From assembly GCA_026391715.1 (NCBI GenBank), contig JAPLDO010000233.1, positions 1,790-65,789 of the forward strand: a DNA stretch of 64,000 nt, in the 5' to 3' direction. Within the stretch, counting starts at the first letter, position 1. Each line of letters starts with the position of its first letter. Under the pieces are notes generated by a model. The model made no database searches, was not told the DNA's origin, and saw only the letters and a list, made by a program, of their open reading frames with translations. Source of the stretch: Bacteroidota bacterium (lineage in GTDB: Bacteria; Bacteroidota; Bacteroidia; Bacteroidales; FEN-979). Made by a program: the position numbers and the translations under genes. Positions 1-9,666 of the stretch are shown here, piece after piece.

Positions 1-1123
1 TAAAAAATAAGATTCCAACCAGGGAAAGATAAATGCGGTGCTCCGAGAATTTGGGAATCTGGTTGTTAACCGACACGAACGACGGAACCAGGAATATCAG
101 AAACCAGAGAATACCAAAAAAATAAAAAAACCATTGCTTTGGTTTGGTTATCATAACGAGCGCTATAAGCACACTGGTTGCAACGATACCCAGTTTGATT
201 GATACCTTCATATCGGCAATAATTGGGAATACGGACAGATCGAAAGGGAAAAGCGCTTTCCCGAGAAAGGGTATTACTGCCGGCAGATTTTTGACAACGG
301 AGAATATCTGTGCCGAAAAAGGAACCTCGCTTCCGCCACCAAGCGCGTAGTACCTTATTACAGCCCAGATAAAAGTTATAATAACCCAGGCAGGACCGGC
401 AATACTATAGTTTTTCAGCGGAGTGCGCATGATCGCCATGCTGTAAAGAATGATCATCACCGGAAGCACAATCGCGCTTTCCTTGGTGAAAAGCGCAATT
501 AAAAAAAGCGACAAATGAAGCAGCAAATACCTGTTATCACCGGTTTTTATGAATTTCAGCCAAAATAGGAATGAACTAAGGATAAAGATAGCCAGCAGGA
601 TATCGTTTCGTCCGGGAACCCATGCTACAGCCTGAGTTACCAGCGGGTGGACCAGGAACAAAAGAGCGAATAAAAATGACCGGATCCGGTCAAATCCAGT
701 CTCGACAAAAAAAAGGAAAAGCAAAAATGTAGCGAGCAGATGGAAAACGATATTTGAAAAATGGAACATGGCAAAGTTCCCTCTCCCAATCATCGCATCG
801 GCAATAAAGGATAGGGTCAATACCGGGCGGTAATAATAACCATTACCTGGTCCGGAGTGAAAAACATCCTCGCTAAAGGCATTTTTTATAAATGAAATCT
901 CGCCGAGCTTATCGAGGTTGCTCAGGATGAGGGTTTGGTCGTCGAGGTAAGTGTAATTAAAATTAATAGATTGTCCAAACAAAATGAATGCTACGGTTGC
1001 GAACCAAAGAAGCGGAAAACTCTTACAAAGCAGCGGCGGACACTCGCCCAAACGGTCATTAAATTTTTTTTGATGGAACTTGCCAGTATTACCCGATCTC
1101 TCTTTAGTTTTTGCTTTTACCAT
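1..1123 (-). CDS. TMTC-like GT-C membrane glycosyltransferase (protein O-mannosyltransferase-like), 3' end beyond window
   Basis: Manually translated open frame from ATG 1123 (not in ORF track): MVKAKTKERSG...FNYTYLDDQTLI...YYYRPVLTLSF...FHFSNIVFH...LFLVHPLVTQAVAWVPGRNDILLA. The DD, YRP and HP..AV.W...R motifs and many hydrophobic segments are typical of TMTC-type GT-C proteins. Confidence 0.7.
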   Translation of the reverse strand, partial: MVKAKTKERSGNTGKFHQKKFNDRLGECPPLLCKSFPLLWFATVAFILFGQSINFNYTYLDDQTLILSNLDKLGEISFIKNAFSEDVFHSGPGNGYYYRPVLTLSFIADAMIGRGNFAMFHFSNIVFHLLATFLLFLFFVETGFDRIRSFLFALLFLVHPLVTQAVAWVPGRNDILLAIFILSSFLFWLKFIKTGDNRYLLLHLSLFLIALFTKESAIVLPVMIILYSMAIMRTPLKNYSIAGPAWVIITFIWAVIRYYALGGGSEVPFSAQIFSVVKNLPAVIPFLGKALFPFDLSVFPIIADMKVSIKLGIVATSVLIALVMITKPKQWFFYFFGILWFLIFLVPSFVSVNNQIPKFSEHRIYLSLVGILFF

Positions 1124-1176
1124 CGTATAATAATTTACTCCCAAACCTGTAATAATTGATTCTTTTCCCTGCCAGA

Positions 1177-1257
1177 CTCTGTGAAACCTCGGTGAACTCC
1201 TTGATACAATTGGTTGTTACACAGAGTTCGCGGAGGCGTCACAGAGTTCAACAGAGA
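1177..1257. repeat. REP-like imperfect palindrome (CTCTGTG...CACAGAG type)
   Basis: ctctgtgaaacctcggtgaactc ... cacagagttcgcggaggcgtcacagag: staggered inverted repeats in an intergenic gap; similar in style to 61115-61180. Confidence 0.45.
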
Positions 1258-1314
1258 ATAAAGACACTGGTCACTCGGTTTTATTCCATCGCATACAGTA
1301 CATCCGAACAAAGG

Positions 1315-2817
1315 TCAATATCCTGGATTCTGAACCAGCATTGTATTTGAAAGTTCGGCGAGAGGAATTGGCAATATTTCGTTTTTATTGGGCTTAAAAC
1401 CTTTGCCAGCTAAAACGGTAGCAGCTTGTCCGGTGCGAACAAGGTCAAACCAGCGATGACCTTCCGTAGCAAGTTCAAGGCGACGCTCTTTATAAATATT
1501 ATCCAGTGTGGCAGGTATTGAAGGTAGTCCGACACGCGCCCGGACACGGTCTAAGTAATCCTGCGCTCTTCCAATATTTCCGCCGCCGCGAACTAATGCC
1601 TCGGCTTCCATAAGGTAGGTATCAGCCAACCGAATCTCCATAATATCGTTTGGATAGTTTAACATAGGATCCCCTCCGATTTGCGTTCGAAACTCCAATA
1701 ACGGGGCATACTTTGCAACAAAATATCCAGTGTTCTGGTAACCTTTTTCATAATTACACAATCCGGCTGTTTTCATACTGTCAATATTGACGATAGTGTA
1801 TTTGTATCTAGGATCGTTTTTCATAAGAGTAACCAGGTCGAGGGTAATAGGGTTAAATCCCCAGCTTGCCACATAGGTTGGTCCGGTATAAGCGCGCGGT
1901 CCGCACATCTGGGTATAAATGCTTCCCTCGAAGTTTGGCCACGACTCCCAGCCCGACATGGCTTTGGATGTATGCACAATTTCGAAAATTGACTCGCTGT
2001 TGAATTTATTATCGGGGCGGAAAATCAATCCAAAATCTGCCAGAAGTGCATAATTGGGTGAACTGTTCACCTGTTCAAACAAATCGGCTGCCTCAATCAT
2101 CCGGGCTTCATCGTTTTGAAACAATATCACTTTGCCCAATAAGGCAAGGGCAGCCATTTTTGTCACGCGCCCGTTTTCAGCGGCGACAACTTGTACCGGA
2201 AGATCTACGATGGCTTCGTTCAGATCTTTTTCAACCTGCGCATATACCGCCTGGGGCGAAGCTTGCGTTACCTTAAAGAATTCACTGGGAAGGAGAGGAG
2301 CGGTAAAAAGGGGAACGTTTTTAAAAAGCCGCACCAGATCAAAATAATAGAATGCTCTCAGAAACTTACATTCAGCAATAAATCTTGCTTTCAGAGTGTC
2401 ACTCATAGACACATTGGGAAGTTTTGAAAGGAGGGTATTAACCCGGTAAACGCCGGTGAAATTTCTGCCCCAGAAAGCTGCCTGGATACCGATAGCCGCG
2501 TCAATTGTATAGTTATTCCAGACTTGCCAGGTAGGGACGTCTGAAGAACTTCCGCCACCGGCATAACAATCATCGGAGGCAGAGTTGAGCGCCCCCACTT
2601 TACAAGCATAAACGTCTTTTCCCCAACATTCGGTTCCAAGTGGATCATAGCATGAAACCAGCCCATTAAACGCCTCTTCTGCATTTTTATAATAGTTGGT
2701 TTCCAAAGTGGTGCCTTTGGGTTCAACATTCAGAAATTCTTTTGAGCAGCCATTCAGGATCAGAATCCCCAGGATCAATGTACTCAGATATAAATTAAAT
2801 TTTTTCATTTTTTTCAT
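1315..2817 (-). CDS. susD: RagB/SusD family glycan-binding lipoprotein
   Basis: Lipobox (LNGC), RLADTYLMEAEA, ERRLELATEGHRWFDLVR, C-terminal QNPGY; directly downstream of a SusC. Confidence 0.95.
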   Translation of the reverse strand: MKKMKKFNLYLSTLILGILILNGCSKEFLNVEPKGTTLETNYYKNAEEAFNGLVSCYDPLGTECWGKDVYACKVGALNSASDDCYAGGGSSSDVPTWQVWNNYTIDAAIGIQAAFWGRNFTGVYRVNTLLSKLPNVSMSDTLKARFIAECKFLRAFYYFDLVRLFKNVPLFTAPLLPSEFFKVTQASPQAVYAQVEKDLNEAIVDLPVQVVAAENGRVTKMAALALLGKVILFQNDEARMIEAADLFEQVNSSPNYALLADFGLIFRPDNKFNSESIFEIVHTSKAMSGWESWPNFEGSIYTQMCGPRAYTGPTYVASWGFNPITLDLVTLMKNDPRYKYTIVNIDSMKTAGLCNYEKGYQNTGYFVAKYAPLLEFRTQIGGDPMLNYPNDIMEIRLADTYLMEAEALVRGGGNIGRAQDYLDRVRARVGLPSIPATLDNIYKERRLELATEGHRWFDLVRTGQAATVLAGKGFKPNKNEILPIPLAELSNTMLVQNPGY

Positions 2818-2829
2818 TTTTAGAGGTGA

Positions 2830-5800
2830 TTAAATAGTAACTGTTAATCCAATCATAAACGAACGGGCTTGCGGATAAACGCCGCGGTCAATGCCATAAC
2901 TTGCTCCGCCAATTTCCGGATCAAATCCCTTGTATTTGGTAATTGTGAAAAGATTGTTGGCGGTGACATAGATTCTAAGGAGTTGCAAACCTATCTTGCT
3001 AACAATCGCCTTGGGAAACGTATAGCCTAACTGAATGGTTTTAAATCTGAAATAAGCGCCGTTTGTCAGGAAAAATGTTGACGGTTTGCTGAAATTTCCA
3101 TTTGGGTCGCCAATTACCAGCCTTGGATAGTCGGTTGATGTTCCCACTCCTGTCCAACGACCTAACGCATCAGAAGTCCAGTTAGCGGTTGGCATATCTA
3201 AACGGCGCAATCCGTTGAATACATCATTGCCTGCTACGCCCTGGCAGAAAACCAAAAGATCAAATCCCATAAAAGCGGTATTAAGCGTGAAACCATACGA
3301 CCATGTTGGCGTTGGGTCTCCGATGAATTTGCGGTCATTCGCATCAATTTTCCCATCTTCGTTCAAATCGGCATACCGAAAATCGCCCGGTTTTGCATTG
3401 GGTTGAATCATGTTGCCGTTTTTGTCAACATAAGCCTGAACTTTCGACATTGACTGAAAGATGTCGAGAACTTCAAAACCATAGAAAGCGCCCATTGGAT
3501 GACCTACAGCCAACCGGCTGATTTCATAACTGCTTGACTGGAAAGTGGCGCCTGAAATATATTCGACAGTTCCGAGGTCGGTAATTTCATTTTTCAGGTA
3601 AGAAGCATTTCCACTGAATTTAAAATCGAATTCGCCAAATTTTTTGTGATAGCCCAATTCCAGTTCAACGCCTTTATTTGACATGGAACCCACATTTCCT
3701 GTGGGCGATCCGTTTGCGCCAATGTAACCGGGTAAAATAACCGGCTGCAACATTCCGGAGGTTTTTTTATTAAACCAGTCGAAAACCAAAGTAATATTCT
3801 CAAAAAATGTAGCTTCGAGCCCAATATCCAACTGACTGGTTTGCTCCCATTTCAAATCGGGATTGGCAGGCGCATTAGGGCTGTAACCTATTACATAATT
3901 GTCATTTCCGAAGGTATAATTTCTGCCGCCGCCAACTGTTGATAAATATTGAAAATCACCAATATTATCATTACCATTCACGCCATAAGAACCGCGGATT
4001 TTAACAAACGTAACAACTTTATTTTCAGGCCAGAATTTTTCGCGCGAGGCTACCCAGCCAATTGAAGCGGAAGGAAAGGTTCCATATCTGTTGTTACTTC
4101 CAAACCTGGAGGAGCCGTCGCGACGAATAATACCGGTAAACAGATACTTTTCATTATAGTTGTAAATTACGCGGGCAAATAATGAGCTAACCTTATGGTC
4201 GGGCGATTCCCAACCGCCGCCAATTCTGTCAGAAGTTACCACATTGTAGTTCATTGAAGCTTCTTCAAAAGTATTGACAGGCAAATTCTTATAGGTAGCG
4301 TTCACGCCGATATAATTTTCAACGTAAACACTCGTCCCAATCAGAACTGTTCCATTGTGTTTTCCAAAACTTCTTGTATATGAAGCCGTATTTTCCCAGT
4401 TCCAGATAAAAGCTCTGTTGCTGGCGCGGAAATATGAGTTATTCGATGTAATGGTGGACGCATTCAGATATGAAACAGGGGAAAAACTTTCATCCCCATA
4501 AAAAGCGAGTTTGGCGCCAAAGTCCGATCTTACTTTGAACCCTTTGATTGGCTCAATTTCAGCGTAAATATTGCCAATAAGATTATCCGACCATCCGAAA
4601 TTGCCTTGCCTGGTTTTAATGTAAGCAAGCGGGTTTGTCATTTCCTGAACAACTATAGTTGAAATGCCATAAGGATTTCCATTACCATCCCTCACGACAG
4701 GAAACGTACTGTAAGGCGGAGCATTAGCAATAGCGGGATCAGTGATGATTACCGGAGTTATTGGATCTAGGTTGACTGCCGAAGATAAAGGACCACCGTA
4801 CTCGCTGTTTGTATTAAGCGATCCCTTACTTTTTATATGCGAATATGCAACGTTATTACCAAACCTAAGCCAATCCTTTAATTTATGGGCTGAATTAAAA
4901 CGCAGGTTAAGTCTTTGATAATTACTTATGGATGTAGCAACTACGCCTTCCTGCGAATAGTATCCGATTGATGTATAATAGGTTGATTTATCGTTACCAC
5001 CGCTTATATTCAGTTCATAGTTTTGAATTTTTGCAGAATTATTGAAAATTGTACTTTGCCAGTCGGTGCCGCTTCCAAAAGATGAAGGATTGGCAAATAC
5101 TATCGGTCCGCCTCCATTTACAGATGCTTCATTTCTTAATGTAGCGTAATCTGTGGCATTTAGCAGATCTAATTTTTTTGCCGGAGACTGCGTGCCGTAA
5201 TACATATTAAAACTTACCTGCATACTCCCCGAACCAACTTTTAAACTACCTCCTTTGCCTTTTTTTGTGGTGACAATGATAACCCCGCTGGCTGCCCTTG
5301 TTCCATAAATTGCTGCCGATGCGGCATCCTTCAATACTTCAATGGATTCAATATCGTCAGAATTCAAATAGTCAATACCGCCATTGTCAAGCGGAACTCC
5401 ATCAACAACGTATAGCGGATTGCTGTTATTGATTGTGGTTGTACCGCGAACTCTCACGGTTGAGGATGCGCCCGGCTGACCCGAACTGGAGGCAACGCTT
5501 ACGCCGGTAGTTCTTCCCTGCAACGCCTGTTCGATACGAACAATCGGCATATACTCAAGATCCTTTGATTTTACGCTTGAAATAGCTCCGGTTACCACGC
5601 TTTTCTTCTGCGTTCCATAACCAATAACCACTAATTCGGAAAGTCCTACTGTACTGCTAACGAGTACTACTTTTAATGGAACGTCGGCGGTAGCTTTAAT
5701 TTCCTGTGTAACATATCCAACGAAGGAAAACACAAGAACTTCCGAAGACTTGGTTGAAGTAAGTTTGAAAGCTCCGTTGATATCTGTTGCAGCTCCATTG

Positions 5801-5988
5801 GTTGTTCCTTTGATGACAACGCTTACTCCCGGCAGCGTTTCACCGGTTTTATCCGCAACAGCGCCACTGTATTGGTAACTGGTCTGAGCAAACATCGAAG
5901 CGACGCCAAGCCACATAATGCCAGCCAGTAGCATTAGTCTCCTTCTGAATTTAAGGCAATTTTGAAAATCAGGGTACTTTTTTTTCAT
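2830..5988 (-). CDS. susC: SusC/RagA TonB-dependent transporter
   Basis: N-terminal CarboxypepD-reg-like domain, VVIGYGTQKK, plug motif IESIEVLKDAASAAIYGTRAASGVIIVTTKKG, NPDLKWE, C-terminal YPQARSFMIGLTVTI. Confidence 0.96.
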   Translation of the reverse strand: MKKKYPDFQNCLKFRRRLMLLAGIMWLGVASMFAQTSYQYSGAVADKTGETLPGVSVVIKGTTNGAATDINGAFKLTSTKSSEVLVFSFVGYVTQEIKATADVPLKVVLVSSTVGLSELVVIGYGTQKKSVVTGAISSVKSKDLEYMPIVRIEQALQGRTTGVSVASSSGQPGASSTVRVRGTTTINNSNPLYVVDGVPLDNGGIDYLNSDDIESIEVLKDAASAAIYGTRAASGVIIVTTKKGKGGSLKVGSGSMQVSFNMYYGTQSPAKKLDLLNATDYATLRNEASVNGGGPIVFANPSSFGSGTDWQSTIFNNSAKIQNYELNISGGNDKSTYYTSIGYYSQEGVVATSISNYQRLNLRFNSAHKLKDWLRFGNNVAYSHIKSKGSLNTNSEYGGPLSSAVNLDPITPVIITDPAIANAPPYSTFPVVRDGNGNPYGISTIVVQEMTNPLAYIKTRQGNFGWSDNLIGNIYAEIEPIKGFKVRSDFGAKLAFYGDESFSPVSYLNASTITSNNSYFRASNRAFIWNWENTASYTRSFGKHNGTVLIGTSVYVENYIGVNATYKNLPVNTFEEASMNYNVVTSDRIGGGWESPDHKVSSLFARVIYNYNEKYLFTGIIRRDGSSRFGSNNRYGTFPSASIGWVASREKFWPENKVVTFVKIRGSYGVNGNDNIGDFQYLSTVGGGRNYTFGNDNYVIGYSPNAPANPDLKWEQTSQLDIGLEATFFENITLVFDWFNKKTSGMLQPVILPGYIGANGSPTGNVGSMSNKGVELELGYHKKFGEFDFKFSGNASYLKNEITDLGTVEYISGATFQSSSYEISRLAVGHPMGAFYGFEVLDIFQSMSKVQAYVDKNGNMIQPNAKPGDFRYADLNEDGKIDANDRKFIGDPTPTWSYGFTLNTAFMGFDLLVFCQGVAGNDVFNGLRRLDMPTANWTSDALGRWTGVGTSTDYPRLVIGDPNGNFSKPSTFFLTNGAYFRFKTIQLGYTFPKAIVSKIGLQLLRIYVTANNLFTITKYKGFDPEIGGASYGIDRGVYPQARSFMIGLTVTI

Positions 5989-6068
5989 GGTTTTGTTGTT
6001 TAGTTAAAGGTGATTTATAGTTTATAATATGAGATGTATTAGCTATTCATGTTACTGGTTGTGAGTTT

Positions 6069-7520
6069 CTACCATACGACAGAAGCTACTGATTGCGACG
6101 GAATTGAATATGAAAAATTCTTGTTCCCTTGTTTAACCGAAAAGGTTTTTGAGGAGGAGCTGTAATTGCAAACTATCATAGCTTTCGACCCATCAGGGTT
6201 TACAAATGCCACAGCCCCAATTTCGCTTAGGGTTTGCGGCATAGTTAACAAAACTCTGAATGCTCCGGGTCTTACGAATTTTGAAAAATGGGCAATAGAA
6301 TAGTACTCTTCATTGAATATTATCTGTCCGTTGGATGAATTGATGGTGACAACGCCCCTGCAATTGCTGCATCCGTTATTCGTGGGTCCATACTGCTGAT
6401 CCAGCGCCAGGTTCCACAGGAGAGCGCATTTCGACCAGTTCTGGGTAGTTCCGATAAAGATGTTTTTCATGTTCCACATCAGGTTGGAGCCGAAATCGGT
6501 AGCCCAGGCGCCGCCGGAAATCTCAGTAAAATAAAGCCCTTTATCGGGGTAGGCATTATGAACTGCGCTCATGGCTGAAACATCGCCGGCGTAAGCATGA
6601 AAGGCAGTACCCGCTATGAATTGTCTGACTGCCGCATCATTGAGGATTGATATCGCAAAGTAGGTATTATCCCAGTTGTGATCGTAAATAATAATTTTAG
6701 TATTTATCCCAGCCGCCTGAAATTTCGGGCCAAGATGGTTCTTAATAAAAGTTGCCTGTTCGTCAGGTTGCATCTCCATGCAAGGGTAACCCGCTGTAAA
6801 GTATAGCGGTTCATTTTGTGGCGTTACAGCGGTAATCGTGACGCCATGGTTTTTCATCTCCTGAATATACCTGACGAAATAGTCGGCATAAACTGAATAA
6901 CAATCAGTTTTCAATTTTCCCCCTTTCATATTTCCGTTGGTTTTCATCCAGGCGGGCGGGCTCCACGGCGATCCCATCAAACTTATTGCAGGCGTTATCT
7001 GAACAATTTCTTTTAAAATGGGAATCACATCGTTGGTATCGCCGGCGAGGGAGAAATGCTGCAAGGAAAAATCAGTTTGTCCCGATGGCAAATCATCGTA
7101 AGTAAAATCGGAAAGAGAGAAATCGGAAGCGCCGATGGTCAAACGCAAAAAGGAAATACCGGCGCCATTCACCGTGTCGAACAACTTTCGCAGCAAAGTC
7201 TGTCTGGCGCCAGAGCTTAATTTTTTATTAAACAGATAAGCCGAAGAACCTGTTAATGCCGCCCCGAATCCTTCGATGGTTTGAAGTTTTGTAACGGTAT
7301 CAACAGTGATTATTGGCACGGCGGACGATCCCTGAGCTTGTATTGACAAGTCGGCTTCTCTGTTAAATAGTTTTGATTTATCGCCGCGGGTCAGCCACAC
7401 TTTGGCTTTGCCAATATCAGTGGGCGTGGGAGGATCGGGTGAAACGTTATTATCGTTGGTTTTACAACTTATCAGAAAAAGAAATATGATCAGGGTCAAT
7501 ATCTTTGATTGGATTTTCAT
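6069..7520 (-). CDS. GH30 glycoside hydrolase lipoprotein (probable endo-beta-1,6-glucanase, GH30_3-like)
   Basis: Lipobox LISC; GFGAALT, SPWSPPAWMK, PQNEP (acid/base), YDHNWD, FTE (nucleophile), HFSKFVRPGA. The subfamily assignment is inferred. Confidence 0.88.
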   Translation of the reverse strand: MKIQSKILTLIIFLFLISCKTNDNNVSPDPPTPTDIGKAKVWLTRGDKSKLFNREADLSIQAQGSSAVPIITVDTVTKLQTIEGFGAALTGSSAYLFNKKLSSGARQTLLRKLFDTVNGAGISFLRLTIGASDFSLSDFTYDDLPSGQTDFSLQHFSLAGDTNDVIPILKEIVQITPAISLMGSPWSPPAWMKTNGNMKGGKLKTDCYSVYADYFVRYIQEMKNHGVTITAVTPQNEPLYFTAGYPCMEMQPDEQATFIKNHLGPKFQAAGINTKIIIYDHNWDNTYFAISILNDAAVRQFIAGTAFHAYAGDVSAMSAVHNAYPDKGLYFTEISGGAWATDFGSNLMWNMKNIFIGTTQNWSKCALLWNLALDQQYGPTNNGCSNCRGVVTINSSNGQIIFNEEYYSIAHFSKFVRPGAFRVLLTMPQTLSEIGAVAFVNPDGSKAMIVCNYSSSSKTFSVKQGNKNFSYSIPSQSVASVVW

Positions 7521-7562
7521 TATTTGCGCTTTAATGTTTCCTGTTTATCTCGTTTATAGTTG

Positions 7563-7659
7563 ATTTACGGCTTGCCTGTAGAACCAGTGCGCTGCAACCT
7601 TTTGTAGCAGAATTCCGTCGGCCGCGTTTGTTTTACAGGCGTGTTACCATCAGTAAAAA
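7563..7659 (-). repeat. attC-like site A (end of mazEF cassette; distal array boundary)
   Basis: Minus strand: GGTAAC-ac-GCCTGTAAAACAAACGCG...CGCACTGGTTCTACAGGC-aagcc-GTAAAT (14/18 stem). Homologous to site G. Confidence 0.75.
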
Positions 7660-7661
7660 GT

Positions 7662-7985
7662 TCAATCAACAAAAGTCTCCTTGATGATTGTCTTGACCCT
7701 TTTGATTTCTTTAGCTTCAAGTTCCCCAATAATTTTAATAATTCTGGTTGAATCAACAGTTCGGATTTGATCAATTGCGATCCAATTATCATATCCCTCA
7801 AGTATGAACCTGACCCTTGTAAAATAATCCTTAGACTTTGAAGTAATCGGAGCGATTGTTATTGTCCTCAGGTATTTATTCATTTCGTTAGGTGAAATTA
7901 CTAAGCAGGGGCGTGTTTTTTTAAATTCTTTCCCAACAGTAGGATCCAAATTTACTATGATGATTTGATATTGCTTTATTTCCAT
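7662..7985 (-). CDS. mazF: Type II toxin, PemK/MazF family
   Basis: NLDPTVGKEFKKTRPCLVISPNEMN...IAPITS...DQIRTVDSTR; overlaps the upstream antitoxin. Confidence 0.93.
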   Translation of the reverse strand: MEIKQYQIIIVNLDPTVGKEFKKTRPCLVISPNEMNKYLRTITIAPITSKSKDYFTRVRFILEGYDNWIAIDQIRTVDSTRIIKIIGELEAKEIKRVKTIIKETFVD

Positions 7986-8221
7986 TCTTCAAGATTTTCG
8001 TCAATAAAGATGTCATCAATAAGAAGTTTGTCATCACCATTCTCATGCATTTGCTGGAATGATTTTTCCCAACCCTGCCTGGGTTGTCTTACAGGTTTTA
8101 ATATTATTCGTCCTTTTTCCAATATTAACTCGACTTTATCTTTGATTTCATATTTTTCTAACAAAGATTTTGTTAATCTGATGCCTTTTGAATTTCCGAT
8201 ATCAATAATAGATACTTGCAT
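7976..8221 (-). CDS. mazE: AbrB/MazE family antitoxin
   Basis: MQVSIIDIGNSKGIRL...PRQGWEKSF...EEWK. Start placed at 8221 because the longer track start (8263) runs through the operator palindrome. Confidence 0.9.
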   Translation of the reverse strand: MQVSIIDIGNSKGIRLTKSLLEKYEIKDKVELILEKGRIILKPVRQPRQGWEKSFQQMHENGDDKLLIDDIFIDENLEEWK

Positions 8222-8232
8222 ATATTTGGGCA

Positions 8233-8255
8233 TTATAATTACATTGTAATTATAA
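8233..8255. promoter_or_regulatory. Probable MazE autorepression operator
   Basis: Perfect 11-bp inverted repeat TTATAATTACA-t-TGTAATTATAA, 12 bp upstream of the mazE start. Confidence 0.65.
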
Positions 8256-8298
8256 AAATACAATTTAATTTATCACGGCGCGTCTTCTTTCTATTTTA

Positions 8299-8445
8299 TT
8301 TTTATGACTGGTAACGGCTGAGTGTAGAAGTAGTATGGGATTGCGGGCTACAAACCTGTCTGCCGCCACCGAAGTTTGAGCGGAACAGAATGCTTGAATT
8401 ACCACTGAATCCCTTATTATATATCGCATTTATTATCGGTTGGTT
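8299..8445 (-). repeat. attC-like site B (degenerate left core)
   Basis: Minus: CCGATAAT...AAGGGATT...AATCCCATACTACTTCTACACT-cagcc-GTTACCAGTC. Interior (ctgtctgccgccaccgaagtttgagcgg...atgcttga...cccttatt) aligns with site E. Confidence 0.72.
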
Positions 8446-8573
8446 TTCTTTCAATTTTGACGCATCAATGCACCAACTTGTAATAACCTATCTTAAAATA
8501 CCAAAATTAGCTGGTTTATAAATATTCTTTTCCAATTTATTTTACTAATTGTATTGAAAAATTAGATGTGTTT

Positions 8574-9131
8574 TCAAAATTTCGGGTGCGTTTTCCCTAT
8601 ACTCCAGGCTTTTGCATACGAATCGCCCAATTGCCAGTATTTCCTTGTATTCATATCAAATAATATCGGGTCAATTTTCTTTAAATCTATTTGCCCATCG
8701 GTTAAAACCGAATCATCGCAAAAAGTATTAACAATTTCTCCTATGAAAATATCATGCGATCCGTAATCAAGATGATCTATCAGTTTACATTCCATGTTCA
8801 CTGCAAATTCCTCAATCATGGGAGCTGTTTTCATCACTCCGTAAAATGATGTAAAGAGTTCGGACTTGTCGGTGTTTTTCCCCGAAACTACACCACAATA
8901 ATCGGTTACAACGGTTTGTTTGGTCGAAGGCACATTTATACTAAATGTTTTATTTTCTATAATGCCATGCCCGCTGAAATGCACCTTTGCCATGCCCATA
9001 CAAACAATGTTGGCTTTAAGCACTCCCACATGAGCCATGGTAATATAATTTGGTTTGCCATTAATAACAGTACCCACCAGCACGGTTGGCAAAGGGTACA
9101 AAGCATTTAATGTACCTATTTTATTTTTCAT
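8574..9131 (-). CDS. Flavin reductase family protein (flavoredoxin-like)
   Basis: LYPLPTVLVG, FSINVP, DYCGVVSGKNTDK, APMIEE..NMEC, GSHDIFIGEI. Confidence 0.88.
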   Translation of the reverse strand: MKNKIGTLNALYPLPTVLVGTVINGKPNYITMAHVGVLKANIVCMGMAKVHFSGHGIIENKTFSINVPSTKQTVVTDYCGVVSGKNTDKSELFTSFYGVMKTAPMIEEFAVNMECKLIDHLDYGSHDIFIGEIVNTFCDDSVLTDGQIDLKKIDPILFDMNTRKYWQLGDSYAKAWSIGKTHPKF

Positions 9132-9137
9132 GTCTTT

Positions 9138-9650
9138 TTAAAATTTATTCCAATGTACTTTTTGCTTATCGTAGCGGCTTTTAACATCGTGTGTTTTTCC
9201 TTCAAAATGTCCGAAAGGAATTACCGAAACAGGATTTAAATTTGAGGGCAAATTAAGAAGTTCACGAATGTCGTCAATTGCATTTAGGAAGACAGCGCCC
9301 CAAACACCGCCCATGCCCTTGGCATGTATTGCCAATAAAATATTTTCGGTTGCAGCACAACAATCGTGAAAATGATAACCGATATTTTTTTCCAATTTAG
9401 TATCGCCGCAAACTAAAATGGCTGCTGAAGCATTTTTTAGATAACCAACATTTTGGTTTAGTTTTGAATATTCCTTCATAACGCTTTTATCGGTCATCAC
9501 TATAAATTGCCAAGCCTGTTCGTTCCCTGCTGATGGTGCATTCATGCCTGCTTCTAAAATTTCGCAAATATCGGTTTCCGAAATAGTTTCGTTGGTGAAT
9601 TTTCGCACACTGCGGCGAGTGTTAATTATATTTAAAAAATTATTTTCCAT
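9138..9650 (-). CDS. Nitroreductase family protein
   Basis: RRSVRKF, APSAGNEQAWQF, DCCAATENILLAIHAKGMGGVW. Confidence 0.92.
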   Translation of the reverse strand: MENNFLNIINTRRSVRKFTNETISETDICEILEAGMNAPSAGNEQAWQFIVMTDKSVMKEYSKLNQNVGYLKNASAAILVCGDTKLEKNIGYHFHDCCAATENILLAIHAKGMGGVWGAVFLNAIDDIRELLNLPSNLNPVSVIPFGHFEGKTHDVKSRYDKQKVHWNKF

Positions 9651-9666
9651 TTAATTTCATAATCTG

